Both the position numbers and the translations under genes were made by a program. A stretch of 64,000 nucleotides of DNA from assembly GCF_006345805.1 (NCBI RefSeq), contig NC_043000.1, positions 158,286,001-158,350,000 of the forward strand. The letters are read 5' to 3'. This document shows, piece by piece, positions 13,175 through 27,499 of this stretch. Position 1 is the stretch's first letter. The number at the start of each line of letters is the position of its first letter. Under the pieces are notes generated by a model. That model saw nothing but the letters and a program-made list of their open reading frames with translations, was not told the DNA's origin and did no database searches. This DNA is from Octopus sinensis. Its lineage: Eukaryota.

Positions 13175-13829
13175 TGTATGATGAATAAAAAAAATAGAGG
13201 GGAGCGAGACAGACGAACTTTAACTTAGTAGAACTTCTTCGCGGAAATGTGGTTTTGGGCGGCATTTCTTGATAGCTGTGGTTGTCCGAATTAGTAATGG
13301 TTGCCAACGGAACAAAGATAAAAATAAACTGCTGATTGAGGAATGAATGGAGGAGGAATACACGTTAATCTAAAATGGCAGAGGACTGCTGAAACGAACA
13401 CCATTTATCTATCTACAGCTACAGGTGAGAAGCCCCCAAATTTTTAGAAATGGTTTAGGGAAAATCGAGAGAATCCACTTCGCAGAAAATTATCGGAATT
13501 GAAAGTGATCGATAGCCTCATGTGACTGGATCTTACATAAGTAACAGATATGTGTGTTCTGGCGGTCTTGTATATTTTGCATATGTTTTAACGTTGAAAT
13601 ATACCGCACTTCCGTTTCCTATAACTCGTACTTTCTTACGTGCTTTTTAAACCATTTTTACGATAACCTTGCAGTGAATGTCAAAATAATGACAACAAGA
13701 GAAGCGGTGACTGCAGCAGCAGTTGCAGTAACAGCAACAGTAGCAGCAGCAGTAGCAGTAGTAGTAGTAGCAGCATCAAGATCAACAACAGCCACAACAG
13801 CAAAATAGCAGCAAATAATAATAATAATT

Positions 13830-14010
13830 TTTCTTCTATAGGCACAGGTACGGAATTTGTAGGGAAATGGCTACTCGGTTACATCGACCCAAGTACTTAA
13901 CTAGTACTTATTTCATCTAGCCCGAAAGGATGAAAGGCAAAGTTGACATCGGTGGAGTTTTATCGGAACGTAAAGACGGACGAAATGCCGCTAAGTATTT
14001 TTCCGGAGCC
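13830..14010 (-). mobile_element. Meta-domain-like SINE, degenerate
   Basis: CCCGAAAGGATGAAAGGCAAAGTTGAC matches the reverse complement of the family core. Confidence 0.7.
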
Positions 14011-16299
14011 TTAAAAATCAGCAGCAACAGCAGAAACAACAACAGCAGCAACAGCAACAACAACAATAATGATAATAATAGTAACAATAATAATTTTTCA
14101 CTACCCATTATGCTTATGAGCTTGCCTAAAGTTGGGATAAATAGAATAATCTGCTATATAAGAATAAACTTAAATTCTACACCAGGGATTAGAAAGACGA
14201 GGATTCTCTAGTTCAAACAGAAAGCATATTTACAAAGGGAATTTACAATGACTATTTGCGCAGAGTTAATGACAAAGCGTGGTCATTAGATTAAAACAAA
14301 TGTGATAAACATGCGATAAGATCATTCGTTCTCTGATAGGAACTGAAGTAGTTAGGGACACCGCAGTTTGCATGATTACGTAATGGAAAATCATTGAAAC
14401 AGAATTTCTCGCAAGCGTACCAGGTTGTATGTTAGCAATATAATGGATACGAAATTAACCAGAGGTTATATTGTGAAGAAAATTGATTCGTTGGGCATGA
14501 CAATTCTGGGATATTTGCATATTCTTAGAAATGACTTTAAGAAAAAATAAGCACAGAATTTGCTCAAAATGTATAACACCAACATAAAAATTATAATCCA
14601 TCATATCTATTTATGTTCAAAGGAAGTATGACGAGGGTTAGTACACGCAGCGATTGTGCAGTTTTGCATGATGAGGGCACGCTCATTTATGCGCTTTAAA
14701 ATGCCAAAGAAATTGCAGAAAACGCGAAAGATTTCATGTATACGACAAACACATGGCTAAAGAAAGACCTGTGCAGCCAATATTGTCCACAAACAGGGTA
14801 TGTTGAAAATGAAAAACGCCGGTTTTGGGCTGAGAATGATATTTAAACAAAATCGATAAAGAAAGACATTAATAAAACAGCAAATGCATATTGTACGGAG
14901 TTATAAAATATCGGCAAGTACAATCGAATGCCCGCTGTACAAAAGGCTTAGGGGCATTTCGTCCATCTTTACGTTCTGAGATTAAATTCCACCGAGGTCG
15001 ACTATGGTTTTCCTGTTTTCGCGGTAAATAAAACAACTACAACTCGAAAACTGGGGTCGATGGAATCGACTTAGCCACTCGCCCTTCTATCAAAATCTGA
15101 AACCAATATCATTATTAGTGTTTAATATTCCCACGTTATTAATTTTACACATTCATTAAACAAGAGAGCAAAAGCTATTTGCATTGGTTATGTTCTGAGT
15201 GTAGGAGTTGTGTTTCACTTTTTCTTGTATCCTCACGGATCTACTCATTATATATGTGATTGATAATTCAATTTTATTTCCTGTATGTTTTGAATATTAA
15301 CAATTTCTCGAATTTAGGTTAGTTATCTTTCTACGTGTGTTTTTATCACTCACCCTCTGTAGCATGTATAAATATTAGAAGCTCTAAAAATGTAAATATT
15401 ACTGATACCTCATAATGTAAGTGTTTTCTTTATGTTCATATTGTATCCGAGATTCACGGAAGGAAAAGTCCCTTTAAGAAGTCGAGTGTTAAGCAAAACT
15501 AAATACCTCAAACTGACAAGTTGGAATAACAGCAATATATCGATATCCGCCGTTCTCGTTTAACTACGGAGTGATGTTCCGTTTAGTCTGAAATATTCAG
15601 TGTCGTCTTCTAACACTCGACGTTTTCTAAGAGACAATCCAGAACATGCATTAAGTATGTAACATCAGTAATACACACACACAAATTTGTCCTAAAAGGA
15701 TCACGGTGGAAAGAAGTCCTACTAAAATATGTGGAGAAAATGTTATAGAAGACAATTGTAAAAAGAAAAGAATAATAAAGAAGAGAGCCCATTTCTACCC
15801 GTATGGGATGAAGCCCCGAGGTAAAGGTAATGCATCGCACGTATTGGGAAACGTGCAAATATACTCATCTGCAGACTGGGTTCATATAATTTATGCAAAT
15901 TGTATTAGACAACTCTGTTACATGGATGACCGTCAAAATAAACCCCTACAAAATTTTAAAAGTGAGAACTGGAAAAATTTGAATCTATCTTACCCGTGGA
16001 TTTGACTCTACTGAAAATTACTATAATAATTCGTTATATGCAACGGAATCATATTTAATGCAACTACATCATATAAAGTCAAATAACCGCGGTATTTCTG
16101 AGATAATATCTATTATAGAGATATAGTGCTTAATATCACAGAAATAGACCAGTTGTAGATAAAATACAACCTTCAGCCCTCAGCGGTGGATGTGTTGATA
16201 CACTGGAATTTTTTCCGCGTTGTGCTCCGTTAATGAATAACATGGAGTTTCAGTTTTTTTATTATTATTATTATTATTATATAACTAACGTTAGAGTTC

Positions 16300-16860
16300 T
16301 GAGCAAAAACAGTGGGGGAGGATTTTATTTTGACAAAATTCAAGCCAATATGATCATAAATAGAACTGATCCTAAGTGTTCCTTTTGTTATGAGCAATAT
16401 GAGATCGTTGACCACCTCGTTTCAGTCTGCAAAGTATTGGAGTATAAAGCTGGGCATGATACAATAGGATAATATTTTGCAGAAGGAAAATGGTACAAGC
16501 ATTACCCACTTGCAATAACAGAAGTAAAACACGCGACAATTCTTTGGGATATTCTAATGAACACTCACAATATGATCAAGGCCAATAGATAGAATATAAT
16601 TGTGAAATAACGTTCAAGAAAACATATTTTTAATTGTCATGAGCATACAAGCAGATTGTAATATTACCTGGAAAGTTTTCTGAAAGCTCATTATATATAA
16701 TATTCCAATAACGGAAATTGATACGATGTTGGGGTTGTACATTACCAGTGATATTCACTCCATTTGGAATGAGGAAAAAGGCGAGCAGTATACAATATAA
16801 ATAAAAGATAACAATGCTTGCTGGCACTGTACATGTCTTCAGAAAAGTATTATCAATGTA
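16300..16860 (+). mobile_element. decayed R4/Dong-clade fragment
   Basis: ORF 16233: QANMIINRTDPKCSFCYEQYEIVDHLVSVC...YKAGHD; follows (ATT)n. Confidence 0.7.
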
Positions 16861-17047
16861 AATATCTTACACAGAACTTTACTGCTTTTATTATGTCATT
16901 ATGATGTCGGCTGTAAGACTAGTGATTGTTAATTAAACATCAAACTTTGTCCCAGGCGTCAGGGTGAATCTCAGCAAGATATACGAAAGATACAAACTTT
17001 GGACGACGTTTTTCACAATAATATATTTATTATCACTATTACTATTA

Positions 17048-17402
17048 AAGCGGTGAGCTGGCAGAATCGTTAGCACGCAGTGTTTCGTCTGCGGTTACGT
17101 TCTGAGCTCAAATTCCGCCGAGGTCGACTTTGCCTTTCATCCTTTCGCCGTCGATAAATTAAGTACCAGTTGCATACTGGGGTCGATCGATTCGACTGGG
17201 CCCCGCTCCCATAATTTCAAGCCTTGAGTCTATAACAGAAAGGATAATGATAATTATTATTATTAAATTCCACCGAGGTCGACTCTGCCTTTCATCCCTT
17301 CGAGGTCGATAAATTAAGTACCAGTGATAGACTGGGGACGATGTAACCGACAATCCTCCTCCCCAAAAAATTCAGACATTGTGCCTGTAGTAGACAGGAT
17401 TA

Positions 17403-17455
<53 letters not shown>

Positions 17456-17690
17456 AGTAGTAGTAGTAGTAGTAGTAGTAAGGAGGGGAGCTGGCAAAAT
17501 CGTTACCGTGCCGGGCAATAATGATCAGCGGTATTTCACACATAGCTACGTTCCGACTTCAAATTCCGCCGAGGTCGACCTTGCCTTATCCTTTCGGGGT
17601 CGATAAATTAAGTACCAGTGAAGCGATGGAGTGGACGTAATCGACTGGTCCCCACCCTTAAAATTTCAGAGCTTTAGCAGAATGGATTAT
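17048..17690 (+). mobile_element. three Meta-domain-like SINE copies separated by (ATT)n
   Basis: AAATTCC(G/A)CCGAGGTCGAC core near 17111, 17265 and 17561. Confidence 0.8.
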
Positions 17691-18133
17691 TATTAGTGGT
17701 ACTGTGTGTAGTAATATTAGCGTAGTCGTTGTTTATAGTACACAGATATATACATATGAATACGAGTGTGTACGCATGTCAGTATATATGAATGTGTATA
17801 CATGAATCCTGAGCATATTAATCAAACAGAGTACGTGCCACATGTATTTTATTCTCTTTTGTTGATGAATATGATGAAAATTACTGTCAGTTTGGATAAC
17901 ATCCAAAAACAGCAGATTATAGCGGAGTGAAAATAGATAAGGATGCATATATCTCTGCGAATGACAGATATCCAGCCCACTCCTTTACCAGCTGTATCTT
18001 AAGTTGATAGCTGACTGTTGGTAAATGTACGGTCATGTCCAGAATTCGTTGGTGTAAAGTGAGCTTTCATAACCAGTTTTGCTTAAAAAATATTCTTATT
18101 CCCAGATACGATCACAATAATAAAGTACGCCCT

Positions 18134-18180
<47 letters not shown>

Positions 18181-18195
18181 TAATAATAATAATAA

Positions 18196-18655
18196 CTAGA
18201 TATGGGTCAGTGCACCCAAAAAGTGACACTGATTGACTGTATGTACCAAGAAAAAGAAGGGGAAGAGGACTTATTGGATACTAATACAGCATTGGAGCAG
18301 AAGAAAACAACATAGCAGGGTATGTAAAAAATGCCACCGATCCGATATTATTAGAAGTAAGAAGGTCAGGCTTGTGTAGGATGAGAAATTGCAAAGATAA
18401 AGCACTATACAAGAAATTGAAAACGAATGAAACTGAAAATAGGTGGGTAAAGAAACGAATGCATTGTCAATTTCATAGGGATGTTGAAGATAAGAATAAA
18501 GATGGATGTGGATCACGAAAACTGATTAAAAATCGGAAACGGAGGCTCTAATCTGTTCTGCCCAAGAGCAAGCACTAAAACCAAACTACATAAAACACAG
18601 AATAAACAACATAGCGGAATGTTATAAGTGGAGAATCTGTGGACAAAACGGTGAA
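18196..18655 (+). mobile_element. R4/Dong-clade fragment
   Basis: HPKSDTD.LYVPRK, ETEALICSAQEQAL motifs; begins directly after (AAT)n. Confidence 0.75.
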
Positions 18656-19600
18656 AGACTGCATATGGAGACAACAGGATCAACGGTTTCATTTTCTTCT
18701 TGACATACACAGCATGTTCGGAAGCTGCCGTTCTTTAATATATTGGCCTGGTAGTTTCTTGTAGGTAGGCATTGATCTTGAGCTGCTATGATAAACCATT
18801 CTCTCTCTCTGATTTTAAGCCAGAAACCTTAGTCATTGATGGGTAAGGGCTTTGTCAACATCGGCATTCTTATTGAGTATTTGCCATTGAAAGGTTTTTC
18901 TTGCCATTTATCAGTCAGAATATCTAAGGTAGCAGTTTTAATACGGCTTTCATACGCTTAGCTTTTACTCTGTTTGTTTCTACTACGTCTAATTCTGGAA
19001 TTTGTTGTATTTGGAATTCACTTAGATATTTTGTTGCCTGTTTTATTAGTGAGTATGATGCTTTCCTGTTTTCATATTTTGAGACAAGTTTTAACATCCA
19101 GGCCTCAGAGTTTTTCATGTACGTGTCTCGCCCAATTGTAGCAGTCTTCCTTGTAAATGCCAGTTGTAAAAGTCCACGTCATCCCTCTTTCCTTGGCAGA
19201 TAAAGTCGTTCTATATCTGCCTTAGGGTGGTGCATTCTACGCATTGTCAACAGTTTTCGTATTTTTCTGTCAAGTTTACATATTTCAGTAATTAACCAGT
19301 TAATGATATTGAAACTGTAAGTCACAACTGGTATGGTTAAGGTATTGATCCCTACGACACTGTTTCTTGCATTCAGCTCTGTCTTGAGTATTGCTCTCAC
19401 CCTGCGATAACATTCTCTTCTGATCCTTTCCTTCATAACTGAATGTGCGGTTCCGTCTCTTTCAAATTCCCTAGCTATTTGCTGCTCTCCACTGGTTCTA
19501 ACTCCTTTATGACATTCTGCTGGTCAAGGTTAACGTTAGATGGTTCTGTCATTTTCTCTTTGATAAAGGTAGTTTTACACATTTATAGAGCCCACCTGGC
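18656..19600 (-). mobile_element. R4/Dong-clade fragment, same family as 4449-5480
   Basis: ORF 19179-19436: ILKTELNARN...INTLTIPVVTYSF...LDRKIRKLLTMRRMHHPKADIERLYLPRKEG; DNA similarity to 5150-5470. Confidence 0.85.
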
Positions 19601-19648
19601 TTACGATCTATGCAGGAAGTGCAAAATATCTTCTTAACTGGTACGTCA

Positions 19649-19713
<65 letters not shown>

Positions 19714-19739
19714 CATTAATCGTCTCCTTTCATTATAAC

Positions 19740-20000
19740 TTTATTTCCGGTGCTTTCGTACCGGGCATTCTCCGGAGGCCAAGTGTAGCAAGGGCGCTTT
19801 CGTTTTGTTATGCATGCTAAATTTATCACCGCATTTATTCCATTTAGATGGAGAGTGATTTCCCTAATATATGAGATGTACCCATCAAGGTTATCTTTTG
19901 TAGTTCACGGAGATGGGAGTTACGAGGGAGTTGCTTTATATACTTTTCAGCTCCCTTCTTTATCATTCTCATCGCACCAATTACTACTGGTTTTACTATA
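19740..20000 (-). mobile_element. R4/Dong-clade extreme 3' end
   Basis: PVVIGAMRMIKKGAEKYIKQLP...LQKITLMGTSHILGKSLSI* between (ATT)n tracts. Confidence 0.75.
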
Positions 20001-20029
20001 ATTTTGTGAATTATTATTATTATCATATG

Positions 20030-20245
20030 AGACGACGAGCTGGCAGAACCGTTAGCACGGCAAGCAAAATGCTTAGCGGCATGTTGTCCGTCCTTCCATT
20101 CTGGATTCAAATTCCGCCGTGGTCGCCTTTACATTTCATCCCTTTGGGATCGATAAATTAAGTATCTGTTCAGTACTGGCGTTGATGAAATAGACTATTC
20201 CCCTCCCCCATATTTCAGACATTGTGCCAATAATAGAAGGGATTA
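20030..20245 (+). mobile_element. Meta-domain-like SINE
   Basis: GACGAGCTGGCAGAACCGTTAGC...TTCAAATTCCGCCG...GATAAATTAAGTA. Confidence 0.75.
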
Positions 20246-20262
20246 TTATTATTATTATTATT

Positions 20263-21290
20263 CAGTAGTTTTATTTTTTAGCGTGCTTTCACTTCATACC
20301 GAGCACAGCTCTGTGTGCCTTGGGTATGTGCTGTGATTTGTTGTGATGCTCTGATGGTTATTGTATGGAAAGTGTTTGCGTAGGATGTGTGCAGTGCCTA
20401 GTAGTGCAATTTCTGTATGTTACATGTGTTTGTAAGTCCTGGTGTTTTGTTATGTATTGTCTGAATATGTTTTATCATGCCTAATGCACCTACTATGATA
20501 GGAATTGTTTCTGTTTTCAGATTCCACATTCTAGTTACCTCTATTCCAGGTCTTTGTATTTTGAGAGTTTCTCCATTTCTTTTAGAGACACGTTGTCATC
20601 AGCCGGTATTGATACATCAATTAGAAAGCATTTTTTTCTTCATGATCTCTGACAACTATATCTGGTCTGTTGGCCTTACTTTCTCTATCTGTGTGTATCG
20701 GCATATCCCAGAGTATGGTTGCTTTCTCGTTTTATGTGACCTTTTCTGGTGTGTGCCTATACCATCTTTTTTCTGTTGTTATTCCATAATGTTGGCATAC
20801 CTTTCATGTATGTAGGTTCCAACTCTGTCATGTCTGTGAATATATTCCTTCTTAGCCAAGACTGGGCAGCTAGAGATAATATGATTTATTGTTTCTTGTC
20901 ATCTCCACATATTCTGCAGTTACTTGTAATATTTCTTTTCATTACATGTTTTGGTAATTTCTGGTGGGGAGGCTTTGGTCTTGTGCTGCAATTAAAAATC
21001 CCTCTGTTTCTGCTTTGAGTCCTGAGCTTCTCAACCATTGCTGGGATTTTTCTTTGTCTATTTCTTTTCCGTTTAGTTTAGTCCAGTATTTACCATCAAG
21101 GGGCTTTTCTTGCCATCGTTTTATGATGGTTCGTTGCTGTTCTATTTTTAGTTTGGATTTCATTTGTTTTATAGCATTTGTTGTTTCTTCATCTTCTTCT
21201 TCTTCTTCATGTTTATTAGGTGGTATGATTTTTTGTTTGTATTTGTCAGCTTCCTTAAATACTGAGAACAGTTTTTTTGTTTTGCTCGTG
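20263..21290 (-). mobile_element. R4/Dong-clade element (second family), 5'-truncated
   Basis: WQEKPLDGKYW...LKAETEGFLIAAQDQSLPTRNYQ; (ATT)n on both sides. Confidence 0.9.
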
Positions 21291-21292
<2 letters not shown>

Positions 21293-21368
<76 letters not shown>

Positions 21369-21381
21369 GTTATTGTTATTA

Positions 21382-21419
<38 letters not shown>

Positions 21420-21493
21420 ATATTATTATTATTATTATTGTTATTGTTATTATCATTATTATTATTATTATATTATTATTATTATTATTATTA

Positions 21494-21525
<32 letters not shown>

Positions 21526-21710
21526 TATTATTATTATTTGAAGGTATACACGATATGCAATAAAACAATACTGTGTATAATTATGCACAGTATAAAACAG
21601 TTCAGGAAAAAATGATATTGATGAGACCCTCCTTTTATTGTTCCCATGGTGGTAAATAAGAGAAATGTCACCATCATCATCAACACCATCATCATCGTCA
21701 CCATTATTAC

Positions 21711-21755
<45 letters not shown>

Positions 21756-21780
21756 CATTATTATCATTGTCGTTATTGTT
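21293..21780. repeat. (ATT)n microsatellite tracts
   Basis: Seen directly. Confidence 0.9.
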
Positions 21781-22399
21781 GTTGATGTTGTTATATTGGT
21801 CGTTTTATTTTGGACATATATCATATTGGCTCCCGAATTTTTATCTGTTTTGTTGTGAACTATTTTTTTGTAATTGTTTCTTAAATCTTTCGTTCAGGAA
21901 ACTTACTTCACTGGGCGAAAGGGAAGATAGCATATTTGTGTCCCATAGGGAAACATTTGTAATATTTTATTTGCTTTCATTTGCCATTTTCTTCTCGTTT
22001 GTCATTTTGGCATCAGTAACGCCCACCATTAGACTCAATTAAGAGGTAGTAGAAAAAACTTCGCATATTTCTAATTTCATTAGGAAACAGTTACCCGATA
22101 AAAAAATAACAACAATAAAAACCATAGCAAAGTCAACGATATGAACAAAGTATTATCTGTTAGAACACAAACAACGACAGCAACAACAAAAACGATGATA
22201 ACAACAACAACAACATTAACAGCAATGATGGTAAGGACAAAAAAAGCAAAAATTGTAACAGCAATGGCGCCGACAAAAACAGCATAAACCCACAACAGTA
22301 GCAGCAACAACAACTAGGATATTGATGATGACAAAGTAAGTTCTGTGTGCTGATGGCTACGTAGGCAATCGTTTGCTGGAATGGCTCTCCCAAAATGAA

Positions 22400-23000
22400 A
22401 AGAAGAATGTTTGACACATGGAAAACATCCTATGAATTGGAATGGGAAGAGAGCGCGTGTTGACAACCAAACCGTGGATTTGGCAGCAACAGACTGGGAC
22501 AGAGTGTACCACTGTGTGTCGTATAAAACTCCAGACATAGATGCTGTGATATACCCCCAGGTGAAGAATCCCTGAAAGAATGATGAAGTAGATCAGAGAC
22601 ATGAAGGGTTTTCTCAAGGGCAAGGCCCTCATTTTGAAGCGTTGATAGGGAACACATTGCCGAAAGAACATTTATAGGGAAAATGACCTGACAGAAACCA
22701 TATTGCCAAAACAACATATATAGGGGGAATGATCTGTCCATATAGAGTTCCACTGAGTGGGGTGAAAGACCAGTAACAGCTGAGGAAATACGAAAAGCGA
22801 TGGTTGAGTGCATGAGGGAGAGTTTACAGTGGATGGGTGATTTTCCTTAGAGATTTATCGCCATTTGGCAGTCTTGCTCCTCTTAGCTGATGTCAACTGT
22901 TTTATGAATCAATTGTGTAGTTTGTAGCCCTGCCTTCGTTTGGCAAGAAACGGTAACCAACCTTTTATTGACTGTTGGGTAAATTCTAAATAAGTTGTAT
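22400..23000 (+). mobile_element. decayed Tx1/L1-like ORF2 relic
   Basis: ERPVTAEEIRKAM near 22765-22800 resembles the pre-RT 'PIT.EEI..A' motif. Confidence 0.4.
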
Positions 23001-25929
23001 TATTGTACCGGTTGGAAGGTAAAACAAAGGGTTTTTTTTCTCTGAAAACAAACCCTCATAAACTTCAGGTACTACTGACGGATGTGGAACAAGATGAATG
23101 TAGAGATGAAGGAGCATTTCCCCAGTGAAAATAGCAAAACTGACGAGGCTAATTGGTCTCACGTTTAACATGTAGTAGTTCTCCGGCGGCAAGAATTCAT
23201 TAAGAATCAAGAGTTTGAACTGGATTTTCATCTTTGATATTATTCTCGTCATTTTTAATATTACTCTCGTCATTAACAAATACTATTTAAGTAGTATTTG
23301 TTAATCATACGGTTTTCTGCTTTTATATTACCACTTCCATTAAAGGTTGTCTGTCTCTTCCCGTTTAAATTAGTATGTGATTTGATTGGGTTTATTATGT
23401 TTATATATTTCGAGGAAGTATCTTCTTACCTTCGTGGTTACTGCAGCCACTACTTCACAGAGAAGTTGATTTATTGCATTTTAAAACGTTATGTCCGGTT
23501 AGAGTAATTTTATATTAACATGGATTTATTTTGGGTAATTAACTTGCCAACGATTTTCAATGGTCTCAGATCATCACTGACTTGTAATTGTTAGCATCAA
23601 GCTGTTCTGGGGAGGTACAATATCTCATTGGAGAACAGATTACTAAACTGTATTGCCAGAGATATGTCAGAAACTCAGTTGGAACTGTAACGTTTTAGCT
23701 TTGAAAATCATTAGAAAATCTACGGACACCGTTTCATAACATCTCACTTAACAACAAAATCTGAAGCCATAAATTATCATTAGGCTTGTTATTAGTGATT
23801 TCAGTGTGTATGGTGGCAAGCGAAAATATGTAAACGAAGTGTATTTTGAATATGTGTACTATGACAATGATTTATGTTGTATATCTAAAATAATTGTTGA
23901 TTATATCAAGTATTACATGTAAATCACGTATTTGAGTGTTGATTAATTCGTCTTCCAAGCTACTCATACTTAATAAAAATACTCAAAAGATTCTTTTACA
24001 ACACAGATCCTTTTCTGTTACGACAGAAATTTTATCATTGCGTCTTGGCAGTCCCCAATTCCAAAAACTGATTCTGACGTTTGAACAACGGACGTTTCCA
24101 CCTCACTTTGCACATATAAAGAACCACTAGAGTTACAACTTAAGCCATTGAAAATACAGTCTTGTTATTACGTCGGCGAAGGCTCAATTTACGATCTTGC
24201 AGATTCAATTTACGCAGGTAAGGATTCCAGTTTACATCCTTGGAACTCAATTTATACAGGCAAAGAATCAATTTATGCTGCTCAGTAGTTAATCCGAGTC
24301 TTCTGAAACGCAATTTGTGACGTTAAAGACACGACTTACGTCGCTTATAACATAGTCTCAACTAGAGCTGAGTTGGGTTTATGTTAAGAGGAGGGGATGT
24401 GTTCATCGGGAAGCTGGACTTAATTGGAACAAAATTTGGAAGAAAATAATAAATTAAACAGTTTCAGTGGGGGATGAGATTACACCTGTTGCAGCTGGGA
24501 CAAATCTTTAACAGCAACAAAGCTAGAGTCACTTTCAGAAAGAAGCAACACTTTTTCTTTTTGTTATCTTTGATAGTGTCTAGTAATCAATATAAATTAT
24601 ACATCACTACCACCAGCGCCCCCTACATTAGAGGTGGCACGGTCTCTCGTTCCGTAAACACTATATCAAAGTAAATAAAATAGCAACAATTTTCTATATC
24701 TATAGCCTGTCTAGTAGCGACGCTTTATGAAAAACTCAGCTATTCTCCAAACTATCCTATTGTAAACTATACATTGTAAACGAGATATAAACGGATTCTA
24801 TTTTAGTTATAAATTAGATTTAAGAACACTTTAAAAGAATTTCTTTCATAATACATTCTATCACGTAGACGACTAAGGGGGATTGTTTTCAACAGTAGGT
24901 ATTTGTTTTTCAACGAAACTATAATTTTATTACAAGTCGGTGTGGGTTTGGGTCGTAGTTAAGTGTAGTGAACAAGATTGCCGCTGCGTAACATTTCTTC
25001 AGTTTTTATCTCTTGTTATTATTGTTCATGCGACGATTTTGGTATTGCTATCGTTTCTCTTTTATAGAGCAAGATAAGAACCATAAATACAAATCATTTC
25101 TACTGAAGTGCGTGGGTAACTGTCTGTGCAAGCACATGTATGTGGGACTTGTTTATATGCACATAATGTCTGCATCTGTTCGTGCACGTGAAATTTTTTT
25201 ACTGTATTTTGACGGAGTGGCTATGTAATAAGTAACTTGCTTACCAAGTAGCCTGCTTACTTCACATGAGTATTTAAGACTTCCCATGAGGCTTTGTTGT
25301 CAGTGTGTTGTGCTCGGAAGAAGATAGCCGGCAGTGTTTAACCTGCCAAAAGAAGCTGCTGTTAGCTAAGACTTTTCTCTTGGACCCAGGGAAGGTCGTT
25401 GTCTGTGCTTTTACAAACAAGGAATCCTCACTGGATTCAGGATGTTGGTCTGCTTGCGGTTCAGCAACATGAGTCCATAGTAAATGATTTTTTTTCTCAT
25501 TCTCTGGTGGGCGTATCCTTCAAGCCAAAAATTGTTCACTTTTTTAACAGTGTATGTTCTTGCAACATTTGCTATTATTGCAGAACTGTATTTCAAGTGT
25601 TCACATGAAGTGAAAATTTTTTCTCATTGTGAGAAATATAGTCTGGTGACGTTTACTGCCACCAGAAGTCGTTCGCTGTTTGTAAATAGTGTGTATTTTA
25701 GAACTACGCTGGAAAGCTGTATTCAAGTGGAGCAGTCCACGTTCTAATTGGAGCACCACAAGGACGTGGGGTACATGAATTTCCAGAAGATGTTTGCTGT
25801 GCTTTTTTTAAACTATTCTTTTCTTCCTCTATTGTGACTTTGTATTGAACTGTTTGCTTTTTTTTCTTTATTCTTCGCTTTTTTTCTTTTGAATTCTCCC
25901 TTTCCTTTTCTGTGAACTATTATTTTGGA

Positions 25930-26560
25930 CATGGCAAAAAGAAAATACGGATAATATTGTAGAGTGGGAGATTGTCCCACCTAAGGAGTGACTCAGATAG
26001 CAAGAGGAGAGGACGGTGGTGTTGAGAATGTATTCGAAGGTTCTCGACACCATTGCCGTCTTCTCCAAGCAGATGATGAGCAGAACATCTGACAAACATT
26101 AAGTATATCTCTAGGGGAGTCAAACATGCAACGGTGAGGTTCCTGTTTGACACCCCAGAGGAGGCTCGCAATTTTGCGAGTCAGCCCGTGGAGGATAAAG
26201 AAATTCTGTTTCTTCCCACTTAGTGTGGGAAAAAATTGACGAGGGCCTGAGTTTGTGTTTTGCCACCCGGAATTGAACTCCAGTGGATAGAGATACTATC
26301 CGTCGGAGTCTGGGTGACAGTAGAACCAGACTCCTCAATGTGAAAATTCTTCTTGTGGCTGACTGGGTCGGGTCAAAAGCTGTTTTGACCCTGTGGACCC
26401 AATTAGCCATGAATCTCGTTATGTCAGATTTTTTGAAAATGGCTGGCTGCAGGTACCGGTGATTGTTGAGGGTCGCCCCCCCTCCTCAGGTGTCATCGGG
26501 GCCTGGAGCCTGGCCAAATAAAGAACTGTCCACGGGAGGAAGGCGGAGTACTGGAGCAGT
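25930..26560 (+). mobile_element. Tx1/L1-like ORF1 pseudogene
   Basis: EERTVVLR...IKYISRGVKHATVRFLFDTPEEARNFASQP...LPT*CGKK...LPPGIELQW...IVEGRPP plus a degenerate zinc knuckle; similar to 49600-50230. Confidence 0.6.
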
Positions 26561-27499
26561 CAATTAAGACCTCAGTAAAAGAGGGCACGAAGGCGGCTGA
26601 GGAGACGGAGTACTCCTTAGGGAAGAGCCGAAAGAGGAAGAAGGTGGGCAACAATGGGTGCTCACCGAAGGATCCTGGGGATGAGGAAGGGGAAATGAAT
26701 CTCCTGGTCACGGAGGAAACGCACCCTCCTTCAGCTGAGAAGGAAAAAGGAGGAAAAGGAGGAGAAACAAGACATTGCCGGCAGTCGGTGGCATAGCACC
26801 GGAAGGTCCCGGAACCTTGCAGGTAGGGGTTGTGTCACCGGCAGGGGAAGAGACACCGTTGGGGGAACTGTGCCGCCAACGGTAAAATTGACTACCTCGA
26901 ACACAGATGAAGAGGAACTATTAGTCCTCTTCTACAGAGGCGAATAGGTAGAAGAGTTGGTGGAAGATCACCATAAGGGAGTAACTTTAGCCTTCACACA
27001 GGATCCCGAATGGCCTCCGCAGATAGCTGTGGAAGTCATAACGGTTCCTGTGGGGTGTAAGCTGCGGGAACTCAATGAGGAATATTGCTTGTGGCCGGGC
27101 AACGCCGGCTCGGATCCCGCGTTAGTCTTGAATGAGGCGTGAGGAATTGTAGAGTATACGGGCACAAGCGATGACGGGGAGGAATAATGACAAGAGGTTG
27201 AAAAGCCTCAGTGTTACAATGTTTAATGTATATTGCATTTTATTATGTTTAAGAGGCATAACTCCCCAATTCTTAAAAGATTATTAGTCCAAAAATTTGT
27301 AAAGCTGAAGTAAGAGGTTCATTTCCTCGTTTTGTGATTTTCTGTGGAAAAAAAGAAGAGAATAATGTTTTAGAGAAGGAGAAAATCGGGGTGGGGGGCG
27401 TGTTTTGTCTTCTCCCATTAATATCATCCCTATCATCATTCACCTCATCAATGTCTTTCTCTAGCCTGCAAGCTACTCTGTATGAGAAACTTTTTGAAA

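Noticed and set aside
24610-24640. CTCF-like AGGGGGCGCTG motif (and CCGCTAGATGGCAG at ~36533)
   Set aside because: Partial match only; the second lies in a decayed SINE head.
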